Below, piece by piece: positions 18,791-27,440 of a stretch of 64,000 nt of DNA. Position numbers and translations under genes: made by a program. Location: assembly GCA_030739855.1 (NCBI GenBank), contig JASLYJ010000004.1:12342-76341 (forward strand), read 5' to 3'. The DNA is from Alphaproteobacteria bacterium. GTDB taxonomy: Bacteria; Pseudomonadota; Alphaproteobacteria; UBA11136. Numbering within the stretch: the stretch's first letter is position 1; the number at the start of each line of letters is the position of its first letter. The notes below the pieces were generated by a model that saw only the letters and a program-made list of their open reading frames with translations, searched no databases and had not been told where the DNA came from.

Positions 18791-18886
18791 CACTGGTCTC
18801 GGGGCGCCCTCAGGGAGAGATTCCACCACCATTCCAGACTTTCTCAGGCCCTTAACATACTGTCTCTATCCGGGTTTTTTCCATAG

Positions 18887-18918
18887 AAGAAGGCCCCGCC
18901 ATCCGGCGAGGCCTTCTT
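18887..18918. terminator. GC-rich hairpin downstream of glnA (possible terminator)
   Basis: AAGAAGGCCCCGCC-ATCC-GGCGAGGCCTTCTT, about 35 nt after the glnA stop. There is no clean U-tract on the glnA strand; CTTTAT follows on the plus strand. Confidence 0.4.
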
Positions 18919-18951
18919 TATGTGTCACTGTCCGGCAATGTGTCCGTAGCC

Positions 18952-20358
18952 TTAGACTGAATAATACATTTCGAACTCCACGGGATGTGGGGCGTGTTCG
19001 AATTTATAGATCTCTTCGTATTTAAGTTCGATATAGCTATCGATGAGATCGTCGGTGAAGACGTCGCCGGCCTTAAGGAAGTCACGGTCGGCGTCTAGGG
19101 TATCTAGGGCTTCACGGAGGCTACCGCTAACCGTGGGAATGTCCTTCAATTCCTCGGGCGGCAGGTCATAGAGGTCCTTGTCTATAGGATCGCCGGGATG
19201 GATCTTGTTCTTAATACCGTCAAGTCCGGCCATGAGCATGGAGGCAAACGTCAGGTAAGGATTGCCCGAGGCGTCCGGATAGCGAACTTCGACACGCTTG
19301 CCCTTGGGGCTAGAGACGTAGGGGATGCGACAGGCCGCTGAGCGATTGAGTGCCGAATAGGCCAACAGAACCGGTGCCTCAAAGCCTGGAATCAGACGTT
19401 TGTAGCTATTGGTGGTGGCATTAGAGAAGGCGCAGACGGCTTTAGCATGTTTGATGATACCACCAATGTAGTAAAGCGCCGTTTTCGAAAGGTCGGCGTA
19501 ACCGGAACCTGCAAATACAGGCTTACCACCCTTGAAGATGGACTGGTGGGTATGCATACCTGACCCATTGTCGCCGGCTACCGGTTTGGGCATGAAAGTG
19601 GCGGTTTTGCCGTAGGCGTGGGCTACCATATGCACTACGTATTTATAAATTTGCAGGTTGTCGGCGGTACGTAGCAGGGTGTCAAACTTGAGACCGATTT
19701 CAGCTTGGCTTGGCGCCACTTCGTGGTGGTGCTTCTCCATGTTCATGCCCATCTCGCTCATGGTGGTGACCATTTCTGAGCGCAGGTCACTCTGTGAATC
19801 AACCGGGGGCACAGGGAAGTAACCGCCCTTGATGCCGGGGCGGTGACCTACATTGCCTTCCTCGAAGACCTTACCGCTCACATACGGCCCTTCATCGGAA
19901 TCGATCTCATAGAATGTGTGGTTCATGGAAACGTCGAAACGCACGTCGTCAAAGACGAAGAACTCAGCTTCGGGGCCGAAATAGGCAGTATCGCCGACCC
20001 CGGAGGTTTTCAAATAAGCCTCGGCCTTGCGGGCTACCGAGCGCCCATCGCGAGAATAAGGCTGACCCGTGGTGGGTTCGTGTATGTCGCAGAACAGGAT
20101 CAGAGTGGTCTGCGCAGCGAAGGGATCGAGCACAGCGGTGGTGGAATCTGGCATCAGCAGCATGTCGGATTCGTTGATATCTCTCCAGCCGGATATGGAG
20201 GAGCCATCGAACTGAAAGCCGTCCTTGAAGACGCCCTTGTCGATGGTTTCTACAGTTTGGGCCGTGTGTTGCCATTTGCCTCGGGGATCGGTGAAGCGCA
20301 AATCAACATACTTGACGTCTTGCTCCGTGATGAAATCCAGGACTTGTTTTACAGACAT
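18952..20358 (-). CDS. glnA: Glutamine synthetase type I
   Basis: [26 protein letters not shown], and adenylylation-site context [13 protein letters not shown] 20358 follows GAGGAA; the ORF opens with TTG at 20364. Confidence 0.96.
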   Translation of the reverse strand: MSVKQVLDFITEQDVKYVDLRFTDPRGKWQHTAQTVETIDKGVFKDGFQFDGSSISGWRDINESDMLLMPDSTTAVLDPFAAQTTLILFCDIHEPTTGQPYSRDGRSVARKAEAYLKTSGVGDTAYFGPEAEFFVFDDVRFDVSMNHTFYEIDSDEGPYVSGKVFEEGNVGHRPGIKGGYFPVPPVDSQSDLRSEMVTTMSEMGMNMEKHHHEVAPSQAEIGLKFDTLLRTADNLQIYKYVVHMVAHAYGKTATFMPKPVAGDNGSGMHTHQSIFKGGKPVFAGSGYADLSKTALYYIGGIIKHAKAVCAFSNATTNSYKRLIPGFEAPVLLAYSALNRSAACRIPYVSSPKGKRVEVRYPDASGNPYLTFASMLMAGLDGIKNKIHPGDPIDKDLYDLPPEELKDIPTVSGSLREALDTLDADRDFLKAGDVFTDDLIDSYIELKYEEIYKFEHAPHPVEFEMYYSV

Positions 20359-20455
20359 AATCAATTTCCTCAGGATAGATGTTGGTATAGATACGAGTGA
20401 ATGTTTGAAATTAAATCAACGTGGATGCCATCACAGGGTAAGACGGTTGCTGGGA

Positions 20456-20809
<354 letters not shown>

Positions 20810-20877
20810 CTAGTGTCAAACGAATATAAAACCTCGTACCTTCCGTTGTATGGCGAGTCAGCTCCTAACAAGCTGTC

Positions 20878-20893
20878 TGCATGCACTGTGCCA
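20878..20893 (-). promoter_or_regulatory. Sigma54 (-24/-12) promoter for glnB(-glnA)
   Basis: The minus strand reads TGGCACagtgcATGCA, against the consensus TGGCAC-N5-TTGCA, about 85 nt upstream of the glnB ATG. Confidence 0.55.
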
Positions 20894-21053
20894 AACTAGT
20901 CAGAGGAGGGGTGTCTTCTGGGAAGTAACTGAAATTCAATAAAAAAACTCCCCACATGGAGCAAAAAAAAATAAGACGAGCAGTTTTTCTGCGTAAATAT
21001 TAGACATTACGCCTAAATACAGGGCTTCCCTTCCTCGCTCTCACCCCCGAACC

Positions 21054-22217
21054 CTACAGCTCCCCCCCTATGCGCTGCAAGGCGGTCTCTATATTTTTAA
21101 GGTTGACGGCATAAGAGAAACGTAGGAACCCCTCACCATACCGTCCAAAACTGGTGCCAGCAACCGTAGCTACTCCGGCCTCGTTCAATAGCTTCTCTTC
21201 GATTTCCTTCGATCCGAGACCTGTGTCGCTGATATTGGGAAAGGCGTAGAAAGCCCCACCTGGTTTTTGGCAGGAAAATCCAGGCAACGCGTTCAACCCC
21301 GCCACCAGCCGTTTGCGGCGTTCGTCGAAGGCTACCACCATGCGATCCACATCGTCCTGGGGCCCGGTGAGCGCAGCGATTCCCGCATACTGTGAGGCGG
21401 TGCTGACACAGGAATGGCAGTTGATGGCCAAGCGTTCGACATATTCGAAGAGTTTCGGTGGAAAGACCCCATAACCCAGCCGCCAGCCTGTCATAGCGTA
21501 GGTCTTGCTCCAGCCGTCAAGAAGAATCACACGGTTACGGATGTCGTCAAATTCCAGAAGGCTCACATGCTCGTGGCCGTCATAGAGCATGCGGCTATAA
21601 ATCTCATCGCTTAGCACCGCCACCTGCGGATACTCGACCAGTCCCTCTACCAGACGTTCTATTTCCTTGCGTGGCACCACACTACCGGTGGGGTTGGCGG
21701 GACTGTTGAGAATGATGAGCCGGGTACGCGGCGTTATCAGTGAGAGCAATTCCTCGGCGCTGAAAGAAAAGCCGCTTTCCTCACGATAGTGTAGGGGTAT
21801 TGGGGTGGCTCCAGAGAAAGTAATGACCGATTTATATGATAGAAATCCAGGGTCTGGATAAATGACCTCGGTCCCTTCCTCACCGAACATGAGCGCAGTG
21901 TAGAACAGGATCGCCTTGCCCCCGGGTGCGATCAGTACTGTGTCAGGATCGACCTCCACGCCTCTGTATTTAGCAATATCGGCAGCCACCGCTTCGCGTA
22001 GCTCCGGGATTCCTCCTGCCGGGGTATAGCCGTGATGACCGTCTTTTAGCGCTTTGCAGGCGGCCTCTACGATATGGGCGGGTGTGGGGAAATCAGGCTG
22101 GCCGATGCCCATATGAATGATGTGCTTGCCTTGGGCCTCAAGGGCCTTGGCGCGGGCTAGTACCTCAAATGTGCTGTCGGTGCCAAGACGGGACATGGCC
22201 GTGGCCGGTGTAAGCAT
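21054..22217 (-). CDS. Pyridoxal-phosphate-dependent aminotransferase, class I (aspartate/aromatic-like)
   Basis: IGQPDFPTP, NSPANPTG, and SKTYAMTGWRLGY (PLP lysine). The ORF extends to GTG 22286; ATG 22217 or 22196 gives the usual length of about 385 aa. Confidence 0.85.
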   Translation of the reverse strand: MLTPATAMSRLGTDSTFEVLARAKALEAQGKHIIHMGIGQPDFPTPAHIVEAACKALKDGHHGYTPAGGIPELREAVAADIAKYRGVEVDPDTVLIAPGGKAILFYTALMFGEEGTEVIYPDPGFLSYKSVITFSGATPIPLHYREESGFSFSAEELLSLITPRTRLIILNSPANPTGSVVPRKEIERLVEGLVEYPQVAVLSDEIYSRMLYDGHEHVSLLEFDDIRNRVILLDGWSKTYAMTGWRLGYGVFPPKLFEYVERLAINCHSCVSTASQYAGIAALTGPQDDVDRMVVAFDERRKRLVAGLNALPGFSCQKPGGAFYAFPNISDTGLGSKEIEEKLLNEAGVATVAGTSFGRYGEGFLRFSYAVNLKNIETALQRIGGEL

Positions 22218-22390
22218 GGATGGAGTTCCGTTTTCTGGCTGTGAGAATAAACGCGGTGCGCTTTGTTCAGTTCGTGCGGGACACACTATGCTCTACGGAA
22301 GGGAAGGGAAAACCCTCTGTTTGTCCAGCCGCTTTCGTTCCGGGATGCGTCTTGACCATATACGCGATTGCGCTTACAAACCGCAGCGAT

Positions 22391-22468
22391 GGTGGCTGTA
22401 GCTCAGCTGGTTAGAGCACCGGCTTGTGGTGCCGGATGTCGCGGGTTCGAATCCCGTCAGCCACCCCA
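22391..22468 (+). tRNA. tRNA-His (GTG)
   Basis: G-1 plus acceptor GTGGCTG/CAGCCAC. Anticodon loop TTGTGGT. T-loop GGTTCGAATCC. Encoded CCA. Confidence 0.95.
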
Positions 22469-22471
22469 TCC

Positions 22472-23140
22472 TTATAGATCGATCTGCATGCGGTTCAAGG
22501 CTTTTTCCCATTTCTTGTCGCTGCCTTGTTCGGAATCCTGGACAAAGATGAGTACCTCGTCCGCTGGGGCCACGACCCAATCATTCCTTTGCAGTTCCCC
22601 TTCAAGTTGACCCGGCCCCCACCCAGCATAGCCTAGCATGAACAGGGCATTGCGTGGGGCGGTGCCTGCAGCAATAGCTTTGAGAACCTCGACGCCGGGG
22701 CTCATGGATAGGTAATCATTGACTACGGTGGTGTGTTCGTTGGTGAAGTCGGAGGAATGTAGAGAAAAGCCAAGGAATGGCTGCACCGGGCCACCGTAAT
22801 TTATGGCAATAGTATCGACCACGCCGTGGCCGTTCTCACCAAAACCGGCCAGTAGGTCGGCCACGGTGCTGGAGCCGAGCGGCTTGTTGATAATTAGCCC
22901 CACAGCACCGGTATGGTCATGGTTGACCATGACGATAACGGTCTTAGAAAATCGTGGGTCCCCCATTTTCGGGGCTGCCACCAGCAGCTGTCCGGCAAGG
23001 GAATTGAACTCAGTGAAAGATTCCGTAGTAGTGTCCGTCGCAGCGTCAAGCAAAAGCTTCGCGCCTAAGGAAGCCGGAGGCACGCCGAGAAAAAAGGCGG
23101 CCATCCCCGTCCAAAGAAGAACACTGCGCAAAAACATCAT
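22472..23140 (-). CDS. YqgE/AlgH (UPF0301) family protein with predicted N-terminal signal peptide
   Basis: GDPRFSKTVIVMVNHDHTGAVGLIINKP and GYAGWGPGQLEGEL. N-terminus MMFLRSVLLWTGMAAFFLGVPPASLGA looks like a Sec signal. Confidence 0.8.
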   Translation of the reverse strand: MMFLRSVLLWTGMAAFFLGVPPASLGAKLLLDAATDTTTESFTEFNSLAGQLLVAAPKMGDPRFSKTVIVMVNHDHTGAVGLIINKPLGSSTVADLLAGFGENGHGVVDTIAINYGGPVQPFLGFSLHSSDFTNEHTTVVNDYLSMSPGVEVLKAIAAGTAPRNALFMLGYAGWGPGQLEGELQRNDWVVAPADEVLIFVQDSEQGSDKKWEKALNRMQIDL

Positions 23141-23246
23141 CCCCTCTTCCTCACGGTAACAGATTTTTGGTTATTCGTCAGAAGATAGATTAGCGGCCCT
23201 CTTTTAATTCAATGTATGATCTCACATCATATCTGGTAATGGTTCT

Positions 23247-24584
23247 ATGAAGGATAAGAAAAAACCCCAAGGCATCGCCGTCGAGAAAAGCCCTGCCAGC
23301 CCTGTTCCAGTTGCTGGAGGCGGGTTGCTTGATCGGCGGCTGTTCCTGAAGTCCGGCGCGTTGCTAGGGTCTGCCGCGGCCCTTGGCACGGTTGCTTTCG
23401 CTGCTTATTGCGAAGAGGCTGATGCAGAAATACCTCCCGTGCCGCCGGCAGCACCTCCTTGGATGAAAACGCCTGGTGGCTCTTTTACCAATTACGGCCG
23501 ACCCTCGCCTTACGAGAAAAATGTCATCCGCTGGATTGCTAGCAATCAGTCGTCGCCCAGTAACGGCGTGTCCTGGACCCCGCTTCAGGATCTAGAGGGC
23601 ACCATTACACCTAGCGGCCTGCATTTTGAGCGCCATCATAACGGTGTACCTGCCATCGTCCCAGAACGGCACCACCTTCTGATCCACGGTTTAGTAGCTC
23701 GGCCCCTGACTTTCAAACTGTCGGACCTGTTGCGCTATCCTGAGATATCCTGGTTGTGTTTTGTGGAGTGCGGGGGCAACAGCAACGCTGGATGGAACCC
23801 GCGCCCGCTTCAGGCGCGGGCCGGGCACTTACACGGCCTAGCCTCGTGCAGCGAATGGTCTGGTGTGCCCTTGGCCATCCTCCTTGACGAGGCGGGTGTA
23901 GACCGGACTCAGGCCAAATGGCTCTACGCCGAAGGCGCCGACGCCGGCGCCGTGGGGGCCAGCATCCCCATGGCCAAGGCTTTCGACGATGCCTTTGTGG
24001 CCCTTTACCAGAACGGAGAACGCCTGCGTCCGGAAAACGGATACCCCATGCGCTTGCTCATCCCCGGCTGGGAGGGTGTGACACATATTAAATGGCTGCG
24101 CCGCCTGAAGGCGGTTGTAGAACCTATGATGTCCCGCAACGAGACCTCTAAATACACAGAGCTGGTTCCCAATGGCACGGCGCGTCAGTTCACCTTCGTT
24201 ATGGATGCTAAATCGGTAATCACTGCGCCCTCGCCGGGGAAGAAGATGAAGGAGCCGGGTCTCTACGAGATCACCGGCCTGGCCTGGACTGGGCGTGGCC
24301 GCATCATTCGTGTCGAGATCTCTGCTGATGGCGGCGCGAGCTGGGCTGAGGCAGAGCTTCAGGAACCGGTCCTGCCTTACTGTTTCACCCGTTTTCGCAT
24401 TCCTTGGCAGTGGACTGGCGCGCCGGCGGTCCTGCAAAGTCGTGCCACGGACGAGACCGGCTATATGCAGCCCACGCGCGATGCTCTGGTAGCGGCGCGC
24501 GGGACTCATAGCTATTTCCATTACAACGCCATCGTCAGCTGGCGGGTGTCGGCCCAGGGCAGGGTGTCTCATGTCTATGGTTGA
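23247..24584 (+). CDS. soxC: Sulfite dehydrogenase molybdopterin subunit (SoxC/SorA family), Tat-exported
   Basis: Twin-arginine signal DRRLFLKSGALLGSAAALG. Sulfite-oxidase-fold motifs: ERHHNG, FVECGGNS. C-terminal dimerisation domain. Confidence 0.8.
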   Translation: MKDKKKPQGIAVEKSPASPVPVAGGGLLDRRLFLKSGALLGSAAALGTVAFAAYCEEADAEIPPVPPAAPPWMKTPGGSFTNYGRPSPYEKNVIRWIASNQSSPSNGVSWTPLQDLEGTITPSGLHFERHHNGVPAIVPERHHLLIHGLVARPLTFKLSDLLRYPEISWLCFVECGGNSNAGWNPRPLQARAGHLHGLASCSEWSGVPLAILLDEAGVDRTQAKWLYAEGADAGAVGASIPMAKAFDDAFVALYQNGERLRPENGYPMRLLIPGWEGVTHIKWLRRLKAVVEPMMSRNETSKYTELVPNGTARQFTFVMDAKSVITAPSPGKKMKEPGLYEITGLAWTGRGRIIRVEISADGGASWAEAELQEPVLPYCFTRFRIPWQWTGAPAVLQSRATDETGYMQPTRDALVAARGTHSYFHYNAIVSWRVSAQGRVSHVYG

Positions 24585-25137
24585 GTCTAAAGGATGGGTG
24601 GTTGTTTTCGTTTTGCTGGCTGTGGGCATTTCCCTTGCCCGTGGCGCAAACCGGAGTGCGGAAACGACGTCCCCGCGCGGCCCCGATCTGGGCCATAGGG
24701 TTTCAGATAAAACAGCCGCCGCCTGGGATATCAGCATTCCTCCAGACGGCCATAACCTTCCTCCAGGCAGCGGCACGGTAGCCGATGGCGAGAAACTCTA
24801 CCGGGAGAGGTGCATTGACTGTCACGGCAAAGAGGGGCAGGGGCTAAGTGCCGAGGAATTGGTGGGTGGTGTGGGCGGCCTAGCGGGGGACTATCCCGAA
24901 AAGACCGTGGGTAGCTATTGGCCCTATGCCACCACTTTGTTTGATTACATCCGCCGCGCCATGCCCCAGGAAGCGCCGCTGTCGCTCAGCCCCGATGAGG
25001 TCTATGCACTGTGCGCCTATCTTCTCTTTCTCAACGGCGTCATCGCCGAGGCCGACGAGATAAACACCGCAACCCTGCCTGCGGTACAGATGCCCAACCG
25101 CGACGGCTTCGTGCCCATCAACAAAATGGCGCGCTGA
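24571..25137 (+). CDS. soxD: c-type cytochrome subunit (SoxD/SorB-like)
   Basis: Signal/anchor, then IPPDGHNLPPGSGTVADGEKLYRERCIDCHG (one CxxCH) and YWPYATTLFDYIRRAMP. Overlaps the soxC stop. Confidence 0.75.
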   Translation: MSMVESKGWVVVFVLLAVGISLARGANRSAETTSPRGPDLGHRVSDKTAAAWDISIPPDGHNLPPGSGTVADGEKLYRERCIDCHGKEGQGLSAEELVGGVGGLAGDYPEKTVGSYWPYATTLFDYIRRAMPQEAPLSLSPDEVYALCAYLLFLNGVIAEADEINTATLPAVQMPNRDGFVPINKMAR

Positions 25138-25151
25138 AATTTGCTTTCCGC

Positions 25152-25937
25152 CTAGTTGAGGGAAACAAGAGGTGGGTTCATGGGTTCGTGGGTCTCTGGC
25201 CGGTGTTCGAGGATCACAAGCATGCGGAATGCTGCCAGCGGACCCAATACCGGGGTCAGGATTTTCTCGATCCGGTTGATAATGGGAACGGCCCACGCCG
25301 GGATCAGGCTCCATTTGCGGAAGCCGCCCGAGAGAGGTGCGGCGAAAAGACCGCAACGGCGGACCGCATAAAGATTGAAACCGGGAAATTTCTCCATGAA
25401 CCGCTCGCGCTGCCGCAAGAACATGAGTGTGGGAACGGCCTGGTTGGCGTCGTAAGGGGTGCGCTCTGGGTTGGTTTCCGGTTCGTGAAAGGGGTCCGCC
25501 TTCATGACCACCGGTTCGGGATGAAAATAATGATAGCAATAATGGCTCACCGGCGTGATCAGGGGTTCCAGCATCACCAGTCGCCCTCCGGGTTTAAGGA
25601 CACGCAGGGCTTCGCGCAGGAAAACCGTGGGCCGCTCGAGGTGATGGAACACATCCATCATCACCACATTGTCAAAGGCGGTGTCCTTGAAAGGCAAGGA
25701 CTGGGCGTCGCAGACGGAATCGAGCCAGGGTGCGAAGAGAACATCCGTGGATACCACATGGGGGGCGAATTCTTTGAAATTCCCCGATCCCCCGCCGATT
25801 TCCAAGGTCGAGCCGTCATGGCAGGCATCGGATATGCGGCGGTAGAAATCGCTGTAAAGTTCCCGTAAGACCGGCTTGTTGTGCCAGATCAGATGGTGAT
25901 CGTCCAGCCGTGGGTCGTGCGAAGGGGAATCCGGCAC
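25152..25937 (-). CDS. Class I SAM-dependent methyltransferase
   Basis: Motif I LEIGGGSGNF. FDNVVMMDVFHHL and LKPGGRLVMLEP. Confidence 0.8.
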   Translation of the reverse strand: MPDSPSHDPRLDDHHLIWHNKPVLRELYSDFYRRISDACHDGSTLEIGGGSGNFKEFAPHVVSTDVLFAPWLDSVCDAQSLPFKDTAFDNVVMMDVFHHLERPTVFLREALRVLKPGGRLVMLEPLITPVSHYCYHYFHPEPVVMKADPFHEPETNPERTPYDANQAVPTLMFLRQRERFMEKFPGFNLYAVRRCGLFAAPLSGGFRKWSLIPAWAVPIINRIEKILTPVLGPLAAFRMLVILEHRPETHEPMNPPLVSLN

Positions 25938-25940
25938 CGG

Positions 25941-27389
25941 CTAGATGGCCTTCAGCTTGCGAAAGGCGAATACCACCATGCGCACCAGCAACAGCCCGTG
26001 GCGGAAACGGGAAATCTGGGTCTCACCGTAGGTGCGGCCGGCGTAGCGGATGGGCAGTTCCACCACCTTGAGATTCTGCTTGGCGGCGCCAAAGATGAGG
26101 TCGAAATCACCGAAGGGGTCGAACTCGCCAAAATAGTCCCGGTCGGTGGCGATCTTTTCGTAATTGGTCTTGGTCAGCACCTTGGTGCCGCACAGGGTAT
26201 CGGTAAAGCGCTGGTTGAGAAGCCAGGAAAAGGCAAGGGAAAAGAGGTGATTGGCCACATAGTTGAGGGTTCGCATGGCCTGATTTTCCATGGGATAGAC
26301 CAGCCGCGTGCCGTTGACAAACTCCCCCTTGCCGCTAACCAGGGCATGGTAAAATTTCGGCATGTCCTCGGGCGGCACCGTGAGGTCGGCGTCGAGAATC
26401 ATCAGCACCTCGCCACGGGCCTGCGCGAATCCCTTGCGCACCGCGTCGCCCTTGCCCGATCCGTCCTGTTGTACCGCCTTGATGTCGAGGTCGGGATAGG
26501 CCGCAATGACGCGCTCAATTTCGCGCCAGGTGCCGTCCTCGCTGCTGCCCTCCACAAACAGGATTTCCAGGTCGTCGCAGAACCGTGGCAGGCGCTGCAC
26601 TGCGGCCTCGATATTGCCGCACTCGTTACGGCAGGGGATAAGAACGCTGGCAGAAAGACCAGGCTGTTCCGCGTAGTTCAGGGAACGGGCCACCAGATAG
26701 TTGCGCAGACAGAGCCGCCGTACGCCAGGCAGTAATCCTAAGCTGCGATTGATCAGGCGTCCCAGGCCCAACAGCGGTTTGGGCATGAGCTGGCGCCATT
26801 CCTTTTTGACCACATCGAAATCGGTCAGATTCAGCAGCCCCTCAAGGTCCCTGGTGGAGAGCCAGTTCTGTTCCTTCTGTGGGATTTTAAGGCCCAGCAT
26901 CTCGGTTAGTTTCAACACCGGCTCCCAGGCTTTCGAATAATAGGAAAGGATAATCCTGGTATCGCGGGTGCACAGAGAATGCAGTCCGGCCAGGGTGGTC
27001 TCGCAGTCCTCGAGAAAGCCAATGGTGTCGGAAAGGATGATGACGTCGAAAAACCCCTCCAGGGTTTTCATGAACTTCGGGTCTTCGATATCGCCCTCGT
27101 GAAAGGTGAACCCGGGATGGTTTTCCCTGGCGATGCGGACCATCTCACCGCTTAAATCCACACCCACGCCGCGCGCTGGGGCAAGTGCCTCAAGCAGGCG
27201 TCCGGTGCCGCAGCTGAGGTCGAGGACGCTGCGCCCCTCGCCAACGAGGAAACGCAGATAGCGCCAGTGATCCTCGTAATAAAAGGTGTTGCGGTTGATC
27301 CAGCCGTCACGGTCTGGGGCCAGCCGGTTGGCGAGCTCGCGATTAGCGGCTTTGCGCGGAGAAAGCACGGATTTGTTTTTCCTGCTCAT
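25941..27389 (-). CDS. Bifunctional SAM methyltransferase / family-2 glycosyltransferase (polyprenyl-phosphate sugar synthase-like)
   Basis: N-terminal domain: VLDLSCGTGRLL ... FDVIILSDT. C-terminal GT2 domain: SVLIPCRNECGNIEAAV, ILFVEGSSEDGT, MILDADLTVPPED. Confidence 0.8.
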   Translation of the reverse strand: MSRKNKSVLSPRKAANRELANRLAPDRDGWINRNTFYYEDHWRYLRFLVGEGRSVLDLSCGTGRLLEALAPARGVGVDLSGEMVRIARENHPGFTFHEGDIEDPKFMKTLEGFFDVIILSDTIGFLEDCETTLAGLHSLCTRDTRIILSYYSKAWEPVLKLTEMLGLKIPQKEQNWLSTRDLEGLLNLTDFDVVKKEWRQLMPKPLLGLGRLINRSLGLLPGVRRLCLRNYLVARSLNYAEQPGLSASVLIPCRNECGNIEAAVQRLPRFCDDLEILFVEGSSEDGTWREIERVIAAYPDLDIKAVQQDGSGKGDAVRKGFAQARGEVLMILDADLTVPPEDMPKFYHALVSGKGEFVNGTRLVYPMENQAMRTLNYVANHLFSLAFSWLLNQRFTDTLCGTKVLTKTNYEKIATDRDYFGEFDPFGDFDLIFGAAKQNLKVVELPIRYAGRTYGETQISRFRHGLLLVRMVVFAFRKLKAI

Positions 27390-27440
27390 GATGGGGGAGA
27401 TATAGACCGGATGCGGGCAAAGGGCCAGAGCGGTTCAGGC

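Noticed and set aside
20947-20975. Possible minus-strand terminator after the aminotransferase gene (GCTCC-ATGTGG-GGAGT then T7).
   Set aside because: The stem is only 4-5 bp, too weak to call.
23838-24776. 312-aa minus-strand ORF over soxC/soxD.
   Set aside because: A shadow ORF opposite a gene with clear Tat signal and sulfite-oxidase motifs. The composition is Arg/Pro/Gly-rich.
25011-26735. Two ~285-aa plus-strand ORFs (25011-25868 and 25881-26735).
   Set aside because: They are antisense to the methyltransferase and MT-GT2 genes, which carry clear SAM and GT2 motifs. No motifs of their own.
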